A program made the position numbers and the translations under genes. Shown here in pieces: positions 47,556 to 56,804 of a DNA stretch of 64,000 nucleotides. The number at the start of each line of letters is the position of its first letter. Position 1 is the stretch's first letter. Source of the stretch: Candidatus Tepidifontimicrobium thermophilum (GTDB taxonomy: Bacteria; Sysuimicrobiota; Sysuimicrobiia; Sysuimicrobiales; Sysuimicrobiaceae); contig JAVKHO010000010.1 in NCBI GenBank assembly GCA_031459915.1, positions 32,001-96,000 of the forward strand, given 5' to 3'. The notes beneath the pieces are model-generated. The model searched no databases. It was not told the DNA's origin and worked only from the letters and a program-made list of their open reading frames with translations.

Positions 47556-49127
47556 TTGACGACGGCCGCGGAAGTCCCGGAACGGTATAACGCCAGCACC
47601 CTGCTGGACCGCAACCTCGAACGGGGGCTCGCTCATAAGGTCTGCATCCGCTGGCAGGACGAAGAGATCACCTACGGGGAGCTTTACCGCCGGGTGTGCG
47701 GCTTCGCCAGGGCCCTGCGCAGCCTGGGCGTGCGGCGGGAGGAGCGGGTGCTGTTGGTGCTGGACGACAGCCCGGCCTTCCCCGTGGCGTTTTTGGGGGC
47801 CATCCGCGCCGGCGCCGTCCCCATCCCCACCAACCCCATGCTGCGGGCGGACGACTACGCGTACTTCCTGCAGGACAGCGCCGCCCGGGTGGTGGTCGCT
47901 GACCCGGCGCTGCTGCCGGTAGCGCACGAGGCCGCCTCCGGCCTAGCCGAGGCCCCTCAGGTAGTCGTGTCCCGTGGGAGCGCGGAGGGGGTGCTTAGCC
48001 TGGAGGAGCTGGTGGCAGCCCACGCGGGGGAGTTCCCGCCTGCCGACACCCACCGGGACGACATGGCCTTCTGGCTCTACAGCTCCGGCTCCACGGGCCG
48101 GCCCAAGGGGGTCGTGCACCTGCAGCACGACATCCTGTACACCTGCGAGACTTACGCCCGCCACGTCCTGCGCATCACCCAGGACGACGTCACCTTCTCC
48201 GCTTCCAAGCTGTTCCACGCGTACGGCCTGGGCAACAACCTGAGCTTCCCGTACTGGGCCGGGGCGTCCACGGTGCTGCGGTCCGGCCGCCCGACTCCGG
48301 AGGGGGTGTTGGAGACGATCCAGCGGTACCGGCCCACCCTGTTCTTCGCGGTGCCCACCCTTTACAACGCCATCCTCAACTACCCCGGAAGCGACCGGTA
48401 CGACCTCTCCAGCGTACGGCTGTGCGTGTCCGCGGCGGAGGCGCTGCCCGCGGAGATCTTCCACCGGTGGAAGGACCGGTTCGGCCTGGTGATCCTGGAC
48501 GGGGTGGGCAGCACCGAGATGCTGCACATCTACTGCTCCAACACCCCGGACTCGATCCGGCCGGGCTCGTCCGGCAGACCCGTGCCCGGGTACGAGCTGA
48601 AGATCCTCTCTCCGGACACCGGCCAGCCGGTGCCGCCCGGAGAGGTGGGGGACCTGTACGTGAAGGGCGACAGCGAGCTGGCTCTGTACTGGCACCAGCA
48701 CGAGAAGACCAAGCGCAGCCTGCACGGGGGCTGGTTCTACACCGGGGACCGCTACCGGGTGGACGAGGACGGGTTCTACTGGTACGAGGGCCGCAGCGAC
48801 GACATGATCAAGGTCGGGGGGCTGTGGGTGTCGCCCGTGGAGATCGAGAACACCCTCATCGAGCACCCCGCGGTGCAGGAGGCCGCGGTGGTGGGCGTTC
48901 CCGTGGAAGGGCTCACCCGCATCCGTGCCTTCGTGGTCCTCAAAGCAGGCCAGGCCCCCTCCGACGCCCTGGCGCAGGCGCTCCAGGAGTGGTGCAAGGA
49001 CCGGCTGGCGCGGTACAAGTACCCGCACTACGTCACGTTCACCGACGACCTCCCCAAGACCGTGACGGGTAAGATCCAGCGGTTCAGGCTGCGGGAAGCA
49101 GGGGCTCCGGCTCCCGCGGGGAGCTAA
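47556..49127 (+). CDS. Benzoate-CoA ligase family protein
   Basis: DDMAFWLYSSGSTGRPKGVVHLQHD, KLFHAYGLGN, DGVGSTEMLHI, TGKIQRF. Confidence 0.9.
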   Translation: MTTAAEVPERYNASTLLDRNLERGLAHKVCIRWQDEEITYGELYRRVCGFARALRSLGVRREERVLLVLDDSPAFPVAFLGAIRAGAVPIPTNPMLRADDYAYFLQDSAARVVVADPALLPVAHEAASGLAEAPQVVVSRGSAEGVLSLEELVAAHAGEFPPADTHRDDMAFWLYSSGSTGRPKGVVHLQHDILYTCETYARHVLRITQDDVTFSASKLFHAYGLGNNLSFPYWAGASTVLRSGRPTPEGVLETIQRYRPTLFFAVPTLYNAILNYPGSDRYDLSSVRLCVSAAEALPAEIFHRWKDRFGLVILDGVGSTEMLHIYCSNTPDSIRPGSSGRPVPGYELKILSPDTGQPVPPGEVGDLYVKGDSELALYWHQHEKTKRSLHGGWFYTGDRYRVDEDGFYWYEGRSDDMIKVGGLWVSPVEIENTLIEHPAVQEAAVVGVPVEGLTRIRAFVVLKAGQAPSDALAQALQEWCKDRLARYKYPHYVTFTDDLPKTVTGKIQRFRLREAGAPAPAGS

Positions 49128-49194
49128 AAGGGGTCTCGGGGAGGAGAGGCATTTGCACTAGGTTTCCTGGCACAGGCCGACCATGACGGTGCGG

Positions 49195-49212
49195 TTGACC
49201 GCGTGGTAAGGT
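49195..49212 (+). promoter_or_regulatory. Degenerate operator copy overlapping a TGG-TAAGGT extended -10 of the ABC operon
   Basis: TTGACCGCGTGGTAAG, 3 mismatches to consensus. Confidence 0.45.
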
Positions 49213-49253
49213 ACGGGCCAGTGTTCGCGAAGAAGCAAAGGAGGTGGTGGGAC

Positions 49254-50450
49254 GTGCGGGGTCGACGGGTGGTAGCGGTCTGCGCGGTGGTGCTGGCGGT
49301 GGGGCTGGTGGCGAGCCTCGGGGGCGCGCAACAGAGGCCCCTGAAAGTGGCGTTCCTCAGTTCCCTGAGCGGGCCGTTTGCCTTCTGGGGAGTGAACGCC
49401 CGGGACGGGATGCGGATGGCGGTGGCGGAGCTGAACGAGGCGGGCGGGGTCCTGGGCCGGCCCGTGGAGTTCGTGGAGCGGGACGACCGCAACAACCCCG
49501 CGGAGGCCATCAGCGCCTTCCGGTTCCTGGTGGAGCGGGAGGGGATCAGCGCCGCGGGCGCGGTGATCAGCAGCGACGTGGCGCTCGCGGCCTCCCGGGA
49601 GGCGGAGACCCTGCGGGTGCCCCTGTTCCTGACCATGGCCGGCTCCCACGCCATCCTGCGCAAGACCAGCCGGTTCACCTTCCGGACGTGTCTGGTGGCC
49701 GCGCCCATGTACGTGCAGGCCATCGCGGCCATGGTCCAGCACGCTAAGTACGCCCGGGTGGGGAACCTCATCGCGGACTACGCGTGGGGCCACTCCATCC
49801 GGGAGGCCGTGGAGCGGTACGTGGCGGGACTGCCGGGCGTGCGGGTGCAGACGGAGGTGGCGCCGGTGACCGCCGCGGACTTCACCCCGTACCTGCGGCG
49901 GCTGCAGGCCTTCGACCCCCAGCTGCTGGTGATCGCGGGCCACCCGCCCGGCAACCCGGTCATCGTCCGGCAGGCCGCAGAGCTGGGCATGCGCCAGCAG
50001 CTCATCGGCTCCGTGCTGCCGCCCGAGCTCATGGTGCAGCGGGGCGGGGAAGCGGTGTTCAGCCGGTTTTTGGACTACTCCTGCGTGGACTTCACCACCC
50101 CGGCCTTCCGGCAGCTGGCCGCCAAGTACTACAGCCTGTACAAGCGGTACTTCGACAACAGCGCGTTTTCCGGTTACGTGATCGTGAAGATGGTGGCGGA
50201 CGCGGCGAAGAAAGCGGGCAGCACGGACCCGCGGGCCGTCGCGGACGTGATCCGCAAGGGCCGGTTCGTGCAGCCGGGCTACGCTTTCCCTCACTCGTAC
50301 ACCGAGTGGGGCGAACTGAAGGAGGCGCGGATCGTGTTCTTCACCATCGAGCGGGGCGAGGTCCCGGGCGGGGTGTGCCCGGGCTGCGGCTGGGCGCAGA
50401 AGTACCAGTTCCGCAGCACCCTCCTGCAGCCGTATGTCCCGGCCGAGTGA
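49254..50450 (+). CDS. Liv-type ABC substrate-binding protein
   Basis: Signal peptide, SLSGPFAFWG, NEAGGVLGRPVE, DYAWG; GGAGG RBS. Confidence 0.88.
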   Translation: MRGRRVVAVCAVVLAVGLVASLGGAQQRPLKVAFLSSLSGPFAFWGVNARDGMRMAVAELNEAGGVLGRPVEFVERDDRNNPAEAISAFRFLVEREGISAAGAVISSDVALAASREAETLRVPLFLTMAGSHAILRKTSRFTFRTCLVAAPMYVQAIAAMVQHAKYARVGNLIADYAWGHSIREAVERYVAGLPGVRVQTEVAPVTAADFTPYLRRLQAFDPQLLVIAGHPPGNPVIVRQAAELGMRQQLIGSVLPPELMVQRGGEAVFSRFLDYSCVDFTTPAFRQLAAKYYSLYKRYFDNSAFSGYVIVKMVADAAKKAGSTDPRAVADVIRKGRFVQPGYAFPHSYTEWGELKEARIVFFTIERGEVPGGVCPGCGWAQKYQFRSTLLQPYVPAE

Positions 50451-51198
50451 GCCTGTCCTCCGGTGCCGCGGCATCACCAAGCGGTTCGGGGGGGTGGTGG
50501 CTCTCCGGGACGTGACGCTGGAGGTGGAGCCGAAAGCCCTGGTGGGGCTGATTGGCCCCAACGGGGCAGGCAAGAGCACCCTGCTGAACGTGGTGTGCGG
50601 CTTGACCCGTCCGGACTCCGGGACCGTGGAGCTGGACGGCCGGCCCGTCACGGGTCTGCCGGCCCACGCGGTGGCCCGGCGCGGGGTGGGCCGCGTGCTG
50701 CAGATCCCTCGTCTATTCCCCAGCCTGACGGTGGAGGAGACCGTGCGGGTGGGTGCGCTGTTCGGCTCCCCTGACTCCCCCGGGCCTGCGCAGACCGCCC
50801 GGCGGGTCGACGAAGCCCTGGAGCTGGTGGAGCTCAGGGACCGCAGGACCGAGCCCGTGGGCCGGCTCAACACGCAGGAAAAGCGCCTGGTGGACCTGGC
50901 GCGGGCGCTGGCGGGCCAGCCCAAGCTCCTCCTGGTGGACGAGCTGATGAGCGGGCTCAACCCCGTGGAGATCCAGCGCTGCACGGCCCTGCTGCGCCGG
51001 GTGCGGGAGGAGCGGGGTGCGGCCATCCTGTGGGTGGAGCACGTTATGGACGCGGTGCTGGGCACGGTGGAACGGGTGGTGGTGCTGGACCACGGGGCGG
51101 TGATCGCCCAGGGCCCGCCCGCGCAGGTGGCGAAGGACCCCGCGGTGGTGGAGGCTTACCTGGGAGTAGACTTCCACGCGGCGGAGGTGGCGGGCTAG
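50434..51198 (+). CDS. ABC ATPase (LivG-like)
   Basis: GPNGAGKST, LLVDE, VEHVMD, EAYLG. Confidence 0.9.
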   Translation: MSRPSEPVLRCRGITKRFGGVVALRDVTLEVEPKALVGLIGPNGAGKSTLLNVVCGLTRPDSGTVELDGRPVTGLPAHAVARRGVGRVLQIPRLFPSLTVEETVRVGALFGSPDSPGPAQTARRVDEALELVELRDRRTEPVGRLNTQEKRLVDLARALAGQPKLLLVDELMSGLNPVEIQRCTALLRRVREERGAAILWVEHVMDAVLGTVERVVVLDHGAVIAQGPPAQVAKDPAVVEAYLGVDFHAAEVAG

Positions 51199-51201
51199 CC
51201 C

Positions 51202-51903
51202 ATGCTGGAAGTCCAGGACCTGTGGGCGGGCTACGACGACGTGGCGGTGGTGCGCGGGGTCAGCCTGCGGGTGGCCGACGGGGAGGCCATCGCGGTGCTG
51301 GGCCCCAACGGCGCGGGCAAGACTACCCTGTTCCGCTCCCTGGTGGGCCTGGTGCGGCCCCAGAAGGGCTCCGTGCGTTTCGAGGGTCGGCCCCTACACG
51401 GCCTCCGGCCCCACGAGGTGGTCCGCCAGGGCGTGGCGTACGTGGCCGCGGAGCGGGAGCTGTTCCCCCAGCTGACCGTGCTGGAGAACCTGGAGCTGGG
51501 CGCGTACGCGCGCCCGGAGGGCGCGCGTCAGCGTCTCGAGATGGTGTTCGACCTGTTCCCCCGGCTTGCGGAGCGCAAGGGACAGCGCGCGGGGACCCTG
51601 TCCGGAGGCGAGCAGCAGATGCTGGCCATCGCGCGGGCGCTGATGGCGCAGCCGAAGCTGCTGCTGCTGGACGAGCCGTCCACCGGGCTGGCACCGAGGC
51701 TGGTGGCGGAGCTGTACCGGAGGCTCGAGACCCTCCGGCGGCAGGGGGTCACCATCCTGCTGGCCGAGCAGCAGGTGGGCGCGGCCCTGGGGCTGTGCTC
51801 CCGCGTGTACGTGCTGAAGGACGGGGGCGTGGCGTTTGAAGGGGAGGCCGCGGACCTGCGGGGCAGCGCGCAGCTGCGTGTGGCGTACCTCGGGGGGACG
51901 TAG
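51202..51903 (+). CDS. ABC ATPase (LivF-like)
   Basis: GPNGAGKTT, LSGGEQQMLAIARALM, DEPS. Confidence 0.92.
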   Translation: MLEVQDLWAGYDDVAVVRGVSLRVADGEAIAVLGPNGAGKTTLFRSLVGLVRPQKGSVRFEGRPLHGLRPHEVVRQGVAYVAAERELFPQLTVLENLELGAYARPEGARQRLEMVFDLFPRLAERKGQRAGTLSGGEQQMLAIARALMAQPKLLLLDEPSTGLAPRLVAELYRRLETLRRQGVTILLAEQQVGAALGLCSRVYVLKDGGVAFEGEAADLRGSAQLRVAYLGGT

Positions 51904-51905
51904 CG

Positions 51906-52760
51906 GTGGGCGTGGTCCTGGACGGGCTGGTGCTGGGGCTGCAGCTGGCGCTGCTGTCGGTGGGGGTCGTGTTCGTGTACGGCCTGGGCGGCGTGCTGAA
52001 CCTGGCCCACGGGCAGGTGGCGGTGGCCGGAGGCCTGGTGGCAGCCCTGCTCCTGCAGGCGAGGGTGAACCCGGTATTGAGCGGGCTCGGAGGCGTGGTG
52101 GCTGCGGGTGTGGTGGCCCTCCTCCTGGACCGCACCCTGCTGCAGCCCGCGTACCGCCGCAGGGGCGAGGAGCGGCTGCTGCTGGCCCTCATCCTGACCC
52201 TGGGCACGTCCTTTGCCCTGGACGGTTTCTTCACCTTCCGCTACCCGAACGTGGCCCTGAGCCTGCGGCTACCTGCGCCGTCGGTGGAGGTGGGCGGGAT
52301 CACCGTGCGTACCGCCAGCCTCGTGGTGGGAGCCCTGTCCCTAGCGACCTTCGGGCTGCTGCTGGTGTTCCTGAAGGGCACCCGGTTAGGCAAGGCCATC
52401 CGCTGCATCATCCAGAACGAGGCCGGGGCGTGGCTGTGCGGCGTGGACGTGGATCGGGCGCGGACCGTTACCCTGTTCCTGAGCGGCGTGCTGGCAGGGG
52501 TCGCGGCGCTGGGACAGGGGTTCTTCTCGTACCTGGGACCCGACATGGGGCCGGAGTTCACCATCCTGGCCCTGATCGTGGCGGTGGTGGGAGGCGTGCG
52601 TAGCCTCACCGGCACGTTCCTGGCGAGCCTGCTTTTGGGGATGGTGAACGCCGCGCTGAGCTACTGGGTCGGCACCTACCTCACCTGGATCGCCCTCCTG
52701 GCGGTGGCGGTGGCCACTCTGCTGGTGCGTCCGGAGGGCCTGCTGGCGTACTGGCCATGA
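51906..52760 (+). CDS. ABC permease (LivH-like)
   Basis: VLNLAHG, TRLGKAIR, VVGGVRS, VRPEGL. Confidence 0.88.
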   Translation: MGVVLDGLVLGLQLALLSVGVVFVYGLGGVLNLAHGQVAVAGGLVAALLLQARVNPVLSGLGGVVAAGVVALLLDRTLLQPAYRRRGEERLLLALILTLGTSFALDGFFTFRYPNVALSLRLPAPSVEVGGITVRTASLVVGALSLATFGLLLVFLKGTRLGKAIRCIIQNEAGAWLCGVDVDRARTVTLFLSGVLAGVAALGQGFFSYLGPDMGPEFTILALIVAVVGGVRSLTGTFLASLLLGMVNAALSYWVGTYLTWIALLAVAVATLLVRPEGLLAYWP

Positions 52761-53776
52761 GCGTACCGTGGACCCGGCAGGCGGCCCCTGTCGTCGCGGT
52801 GGCGGCGGTGCTGGCCGCCGTGCCCCTGGGGGTGGGCGACAGCCCGTACCAGATGCGGATCGCCACCCTGATGCTGGTCCTGGCCTGCTATGCGGTAGCG
52901 TTCAACCTGCTGTTCGGACACACCAACCAGCTGTTCCTGTGCGTGGGCGCCCTGGCGAGCCTGGGCGGCTACCTGTCGGTGATCCTGGTGCGGGACCTGA
53001 AGCTAGCGAGCCTGGCCGCGGTGGGGCTGGCCACGGTAGCCGCGGCCGCCACAGGGGGCTTCTTGAGCTACGTGAGCGTGCGGCGCGGCTTCGGGGTGCT
53101 GTTCGTGGGGATCGTCACCCTGGCGGTCTCCCTGATCGTGCACAACCTCCTGCTGGGCCTGCGGGACCTGACCAACGGCGAGACCGGCATCGTGACCCGC
53201 GGGCTTGGGATGGGGCTCGGCGACCACCCGCTTAAGGCCTACTACGTCCTGCTGGCCGTGATGGTGGCCTCCCTTGCGGCCTACCGGTGGCTGTTCGGCT
53301 CTCGGCACGGTGCGGCCCTGCACGCCCTCAGCGAGGACGAGGTCAGCGCGGAGCTTTCGGGCATCGACGTGACGCGGTACAAGGTGGCCTGCGCGGCGGG
53401 TGCGTCGGCCCTGGTGGGCCTGGTGGGGGCCCTGTACGCGGACCTGAACGGGTTCATCAGCCCGTCGGTGTACGCGGTGGGGCACGTGGACATCCCGGTG
53501 CTGGTCGCCCTCCTCCTCGGCGGGATGCGGACCCTGCTGGGGCCCGTGGTGGGCGCGGCTCTGTTCAGCTTGGTGGACGAACTAGTGCGGCCCTTCGGTC
53601 AGCTGACGGTCCTGGCCTACGGCGTCCTGCTGGTGGCGCTGTTCCTGCTGTTCCGGCAGGGGGTCGTCCCGGTGGTTCAGAGCGCCCTGGGCCGACGCGT
53701 GCCGGCGCTGCGGGCCCCGAGCTCCCGGACAGCCGCCAAGGAGGAGGTGGCGGGTGGGACCGAGGCCGGACGGTAA
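52757..53776 (+). CDS. ABC permease (LivM-like)
   Basis: FNLLFGHT, LTNGETGI, LGGMRTLLGPVVGA. Confidence 0.88.
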   Translation: MSVPWTRQAAPVVAVAAVLAAVPLGVGDSPYQMRIATLMLVLACYAVAFNLLFGHTNQLFLCVGALASLGGYLSVILVRDLKLASLAAVGLATVAAAATGGFLSYVSVRRGFGVLFVGIVTLAVSLIVHNLLLGLRDLTNGETGIVTRGLGMGLGDHPLKAYYVLLAVMVASLAAYRWLFGSRHGAALHALSEDEVSAELSGIDVTRYKVACAAGASALVGLVGALYADLNGFISPSVYAVGHVDIPVLVALLLGGMRTLLGPVVGAALFSLVDELVRPFGQLTVLAYGVLLVALFLLFRQGVVPVVQSALGRRVPALRAPSSRTAAKEEVAGGTEAGR

Positions 53777-54680
53777 GCTGGTCCCGCTCCGGGAGGCCAT
53801 CTCCCGCTTCGTCCCCGAGGGCGCCACCGTGGTCATGGGCACGTGCCTGGAGAGCCTCATCCCCTTCGCTGCGGGGCACGAGATCATCCGGCAGCGCAGG
53901 CGTGACCTGACCCTGGTGGGCCCCATCTCCGACGTGCTCTTTGACCAGCTCATCGGTGCCGGGTGCGTGGCCCGCGTGGTGGCCGCGTGGGTGGGCAACG
54001 TGTCCGCGGGGCTGGGCCACGCGTACCGGCGCGCCACGGAGCACGGGATCCCGCGGCCCGTGGAGGTGGTGGACACCTCCAACTTCGCCGTGGCCCTGGC
54101 GCTGATGGCGGGCGCCCTGGGAGTGCCGTACCTGCCCACCCGGTCGCTTTTGGGCAGCGACGTCCCCCGCCACGCGGAGGCCTTCCGCTTCTCGGAAGAC
54201 CCCTGGAGCGGCGAACCCCTCCTGCTGGTGCGCGCCATCCAGCCGGACGTGGCCATCCTGGCGGTGCAGCGGTCCGACCCGGACGGCAACGCCCACCTGT
54301 GGGGCAACCTGGGCGTGACGGAGGAGGCGGCTTTGGCCTCCCGGCACGTGGTGCTCCTCGCAGAGGAGGTGGTGGACCCCGAGGTGATCCGCAGCGACCC
54401 CAACCGTGTCCTGCTGCCCGGGTTCAAGGTGTCCGCGGTGGTGCACTGCCCGGGCGGCTGCCACCCCTCACCCGTTCCGGGCTACTACCGCAGGGACCAC
54501 GCCTTCTACGAGGAGTACCACCGGGCCACCCGGACGGAGGAGGGCTTCCGGGAGTGGCTGCGCACCTGGGTCCTGGAGGTGCCCGACCGGCAGGCCTACC
54601 TGGAGCGGCTGGGGCCGCGGTGGGAGGCCCTGCGACGGCTCCAGCCGGCGCCCGCAGCTCCGGTGGACTACGCGTGGTGA
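53754..54680 (+). CDS. Class I CoA-transferase subunit A (glutaconate CoA-transferase GctA-like)
   Basis: IPFAAGHEIIRQ, AGALGVPYLP, DVAILAVQRSD, GGCHPS. Confidence 0.85.
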   Translation: MGPRPDGKLVPLREAISRFVPEGATVVMGTCLESLIPFAAGHEIIRQRRRDLTLVGPISDVLFDQLIGAGCVARVVAAWVGNVSAGLGHAYRRATEHGIPRPVEVVDTSNFAVALALMAGALGVPYLPTRSLLGSDVPRHAEAFRFSEDPWSGEPLLLVRAIQPDVAILAVQRSDPDGNAHLWGNLGVTEEAALASRHVVLLAEEVVDPEVIRSDPNRVLLPGFKVSAVVHCPGGCHPSPVPGYYRRDHAFYEEYHRATRTEEGFREWLRTWVLEVPDRQAYLERLGPRWEALRRLQPAPAAPVDYAW

Positions 54681-55471
54681 CCGACGTGGCGGACTGGACC
54701 GTGGGCGAGCTGATGGTGGTGGCCGCGTCCCGGGAGATCCGGGACGGCGAGGTGGTCTTCGTGGGCATGCGTCTTCCCCTGCTGGCCTACTGCGTGGCCA
54801 AGCGGCTGCACGCGCCCCGGTCCGTGGGGGTCTTCGAGAACGGCATCGTCCGGGACGTGCCGACCCCACAGCTCCTGTACACCATGTCCGACACCCCCAA
54901 CGTCGTGGGTGCGGTGTGGTGCACCCGCATGGCCAACGTCATGGGCCTGCTGCAGCGGGGGGACGTGGACGTAGGCTTTATCGGCGGTGCCCAGGTGGAC
55001 CGCTTCGGGAACGTGAACAGCTCGTACATCGGGGACCCCCACCGCCCCCAGGTGAAACTTCCGGGCAGCGGGGGCGCCGCAGACATCGCGTCCCTGGCGA
55101 AGCGCCTGGTGGTGATCCTGCCCCACGGGCGGCACCGCCTGGTCGAGCGGGTGGACTTCCGGACTTCCCCCGGCTATGGCGACGGGCCCGGGTGGCGGCA
55201 GCGGGTGGGGCTTCCCCGCGGCGGGCCCAGTGCGGTCATCACCGACCGGGCCGTCTTCCGGTTCGACCCGCAGACGTGTGAAGCGGTGCTGCACCACTGG
55301 CACCCAGGGCAGTCCCTGCAGGACGTTCTGGAGAACACCGGGTGGCCCGTGCGGGTGGCGGACGGCGCCAGCCCCACACCGGAGCCGTCCGAGGAGGAGC
55401 TGGGAGTGCTGCGGGAGTACGACCCGGAGGGGGTGTGGACCGGGAACCGGAACCGGTCAGACCGGCCTTAG
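54677..55471 (+). CDS. Class I CoA-transferase subunit B (GctB-like)
   Basis: FENG catalytic Glu, GGAQVDRFGNVN, LPGSGGAADI. Confidence 0.85.
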   Translation: MTDVADWTVGELMVVAASREIRDGEVVFVGMRLPLLAYCVAKRLHAPRSVGVFENGIVRDVPTPQLLYTMSDTPNVVGAVWCTRMANVMGLLQRGDVDVGFIGGAQVDRFGNVNSSYIGDPHRPQVKLPGSGGAADIASLAKRLVVILPHGRHRLVERVDFRTSPGYGDGPGWRQRVGLPRGGPSAVITDRAVFRFDPQTCEAVLHHWHPGQSLQDVLENTGWPVRVADGASPTPEPSEEELGVLREYDPEGVWTGNRNRSDRP

Positions 55472-55496
55472 AACCAACAACGGGGAGGTGAGGAGC

Positions 55497-56777
55497 GTGG
55501 TCGGCTGGCGTGTGGCGTTAGCGATCCCCTTGGTCGTGATGGTGGCGTTGCTGCTCGGGCCGGCGGCGGGAGGTGCGCCCGTAGAGCCCGTCGTCCTGGG
55601 CGTGCCCACCGCCCTGGGCTCCATCGAGGGCGCGGACTCCCTGCGGGCGGTCCAGCTGGCGGTGGACGAGATCAACGCCCGGGGCGGGGTCCGGGTCGGA
55701 GGGGTCCGGCGGCCGCTGCAGGTGGTCTCCATCGACACGCGGGAGCACGAGCCGGGCATCCCCATCCACGACGCCCTCGCAGCCCTGGAGAAGCTCATCA
55801 CGGAGCGGCGGCCCCACGCCATCGTGGTCGGGGCCTTCCGCTCGGAGGTGCTCCTGGCGGCCATGGACGTGGTGGCCCGCTACCGGGTGCCGTACGTGGT
55901 CACCATCGCCATGACGCCTGCCTTTGAGGCGCGGATCGCCAGTGACCCTGCCAAGTACAAGTACCTGTTCCGCATGGGGCTGCAGAGCGAGTACTTCGCC
56001 GGAAACCTGGCCCGGGTCCTGGGGTTCGTCAAGTCCCGTTTCGGGCTGTCGCGGGTGCAGTTCGTGCACCAGGACGTCCTGTGGGCCAAGGGCACCGTGG
56101 GGTTCCTGGAAACGTGGGCACGGCAGGCGGGGTGGAGTTTGGTCTCCGCGGACGCCTACCCCACGGGAGCCACCGACTTCTCCGCCAGCGTGCTCCGGGC
56201 CCGCACGGGCCGCACGCAGGTGCTGGTGCCCGTGTTCGACATGCCGCAGTCCGGCATCCTGCTCAAGCAGGTCAAAGGAGCGCGCCTGCCCGCGTTGGTC
56301 CTGGGGTTCATCAGCCCCGCGGTCCCCGCGGACGCGTGGCAGACCTTCGAGGGCGCGGTGGACGGGATGGTGCAGTTCGTGGCCGAGCCCGGGCCCATCG
56401 CCATCCGGGCGCTGCCCAAGTCCGTCCACTTCAACCGCGCCTACGGGGAGAAGTACGGGGAAGCGGCACGGCTCAAGCTCAGCGGCCACGGCCCCGGTCC
56501 CTCCTACGACGCGGTGTACGTGGTGGCCGCGGCCATGGAGCGGGCGGGTACCCTGGACCCGGACCGGGTGGCGGAGGAGATCCGGAAGACGGATATGGAA
56601 GGCGCCATCGGCCGGATCCGCTTCAACGACCGGCACCAGGTGGTCTACGGCGGCCTGCCCACGCAGACCGCCATCAGCCTGGCGTTCCAGTGGCGCGCGC
56701 CCGGCCGGCGGGTGGTGGTGTTCCCGGAGATGGCCGCGGAGGACGAGATCCGGCTGCCCGCGGAGATCGCACGCTAG
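55497..56777 (+). CDS. Liv-type ABC substrate-binding protein
   Basis: Signal peptide, AVDEINARGGV, GAFRSE, YDAVY, GRIRF. Confidence 0.85.
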   Translation: MVGWRVALAIPLVVMVALLLGPAAGGAPVEPVVLGVPTALGSIEGADSLRAVQLAVDEINARGGVRVGGVRRPLQVVSIDTREHEPGIPIHDALAALEKLITERRPHAIVVGAFRSEVLLAAMDVVARYRVPYVVTIAMTPAFEARIASDPAKYKYLFRMGLQSEYFAGNLARVLGFVKSRFGLSRVQFVHQDVLWAKGTVGFLETWARQAGWSLVSADAYPTGATDFSASVLRARTGRTQVLVPVFDMPQSGILLKQVKGARLPALVLGFISPAVPADAWQTFEGAVDGMVQFVAEPGPIAIRALPKSVHFNRAYGEKYGEAARLKLSGHGPGPSYDAVYVVAAAMERAGTLDPDRVAEEIRKTDMEGAIGRIRFNDRHQVVYGGLPTQTAISLAFQWRAPGRRVVVFPEMAAEDEIRLPAEIAR

Positions 56778-56804
56778 CCCGGCGCGGGAAAGCCTCGCGC
56801 GGGG

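Noticed and set aside
55445..55466. AACCGGTCAGACCGG near the second binding-protein gene as another operator copy
   Set aside because: Only a half-site matches, the spacing is wrong, and it lies in coding sequence
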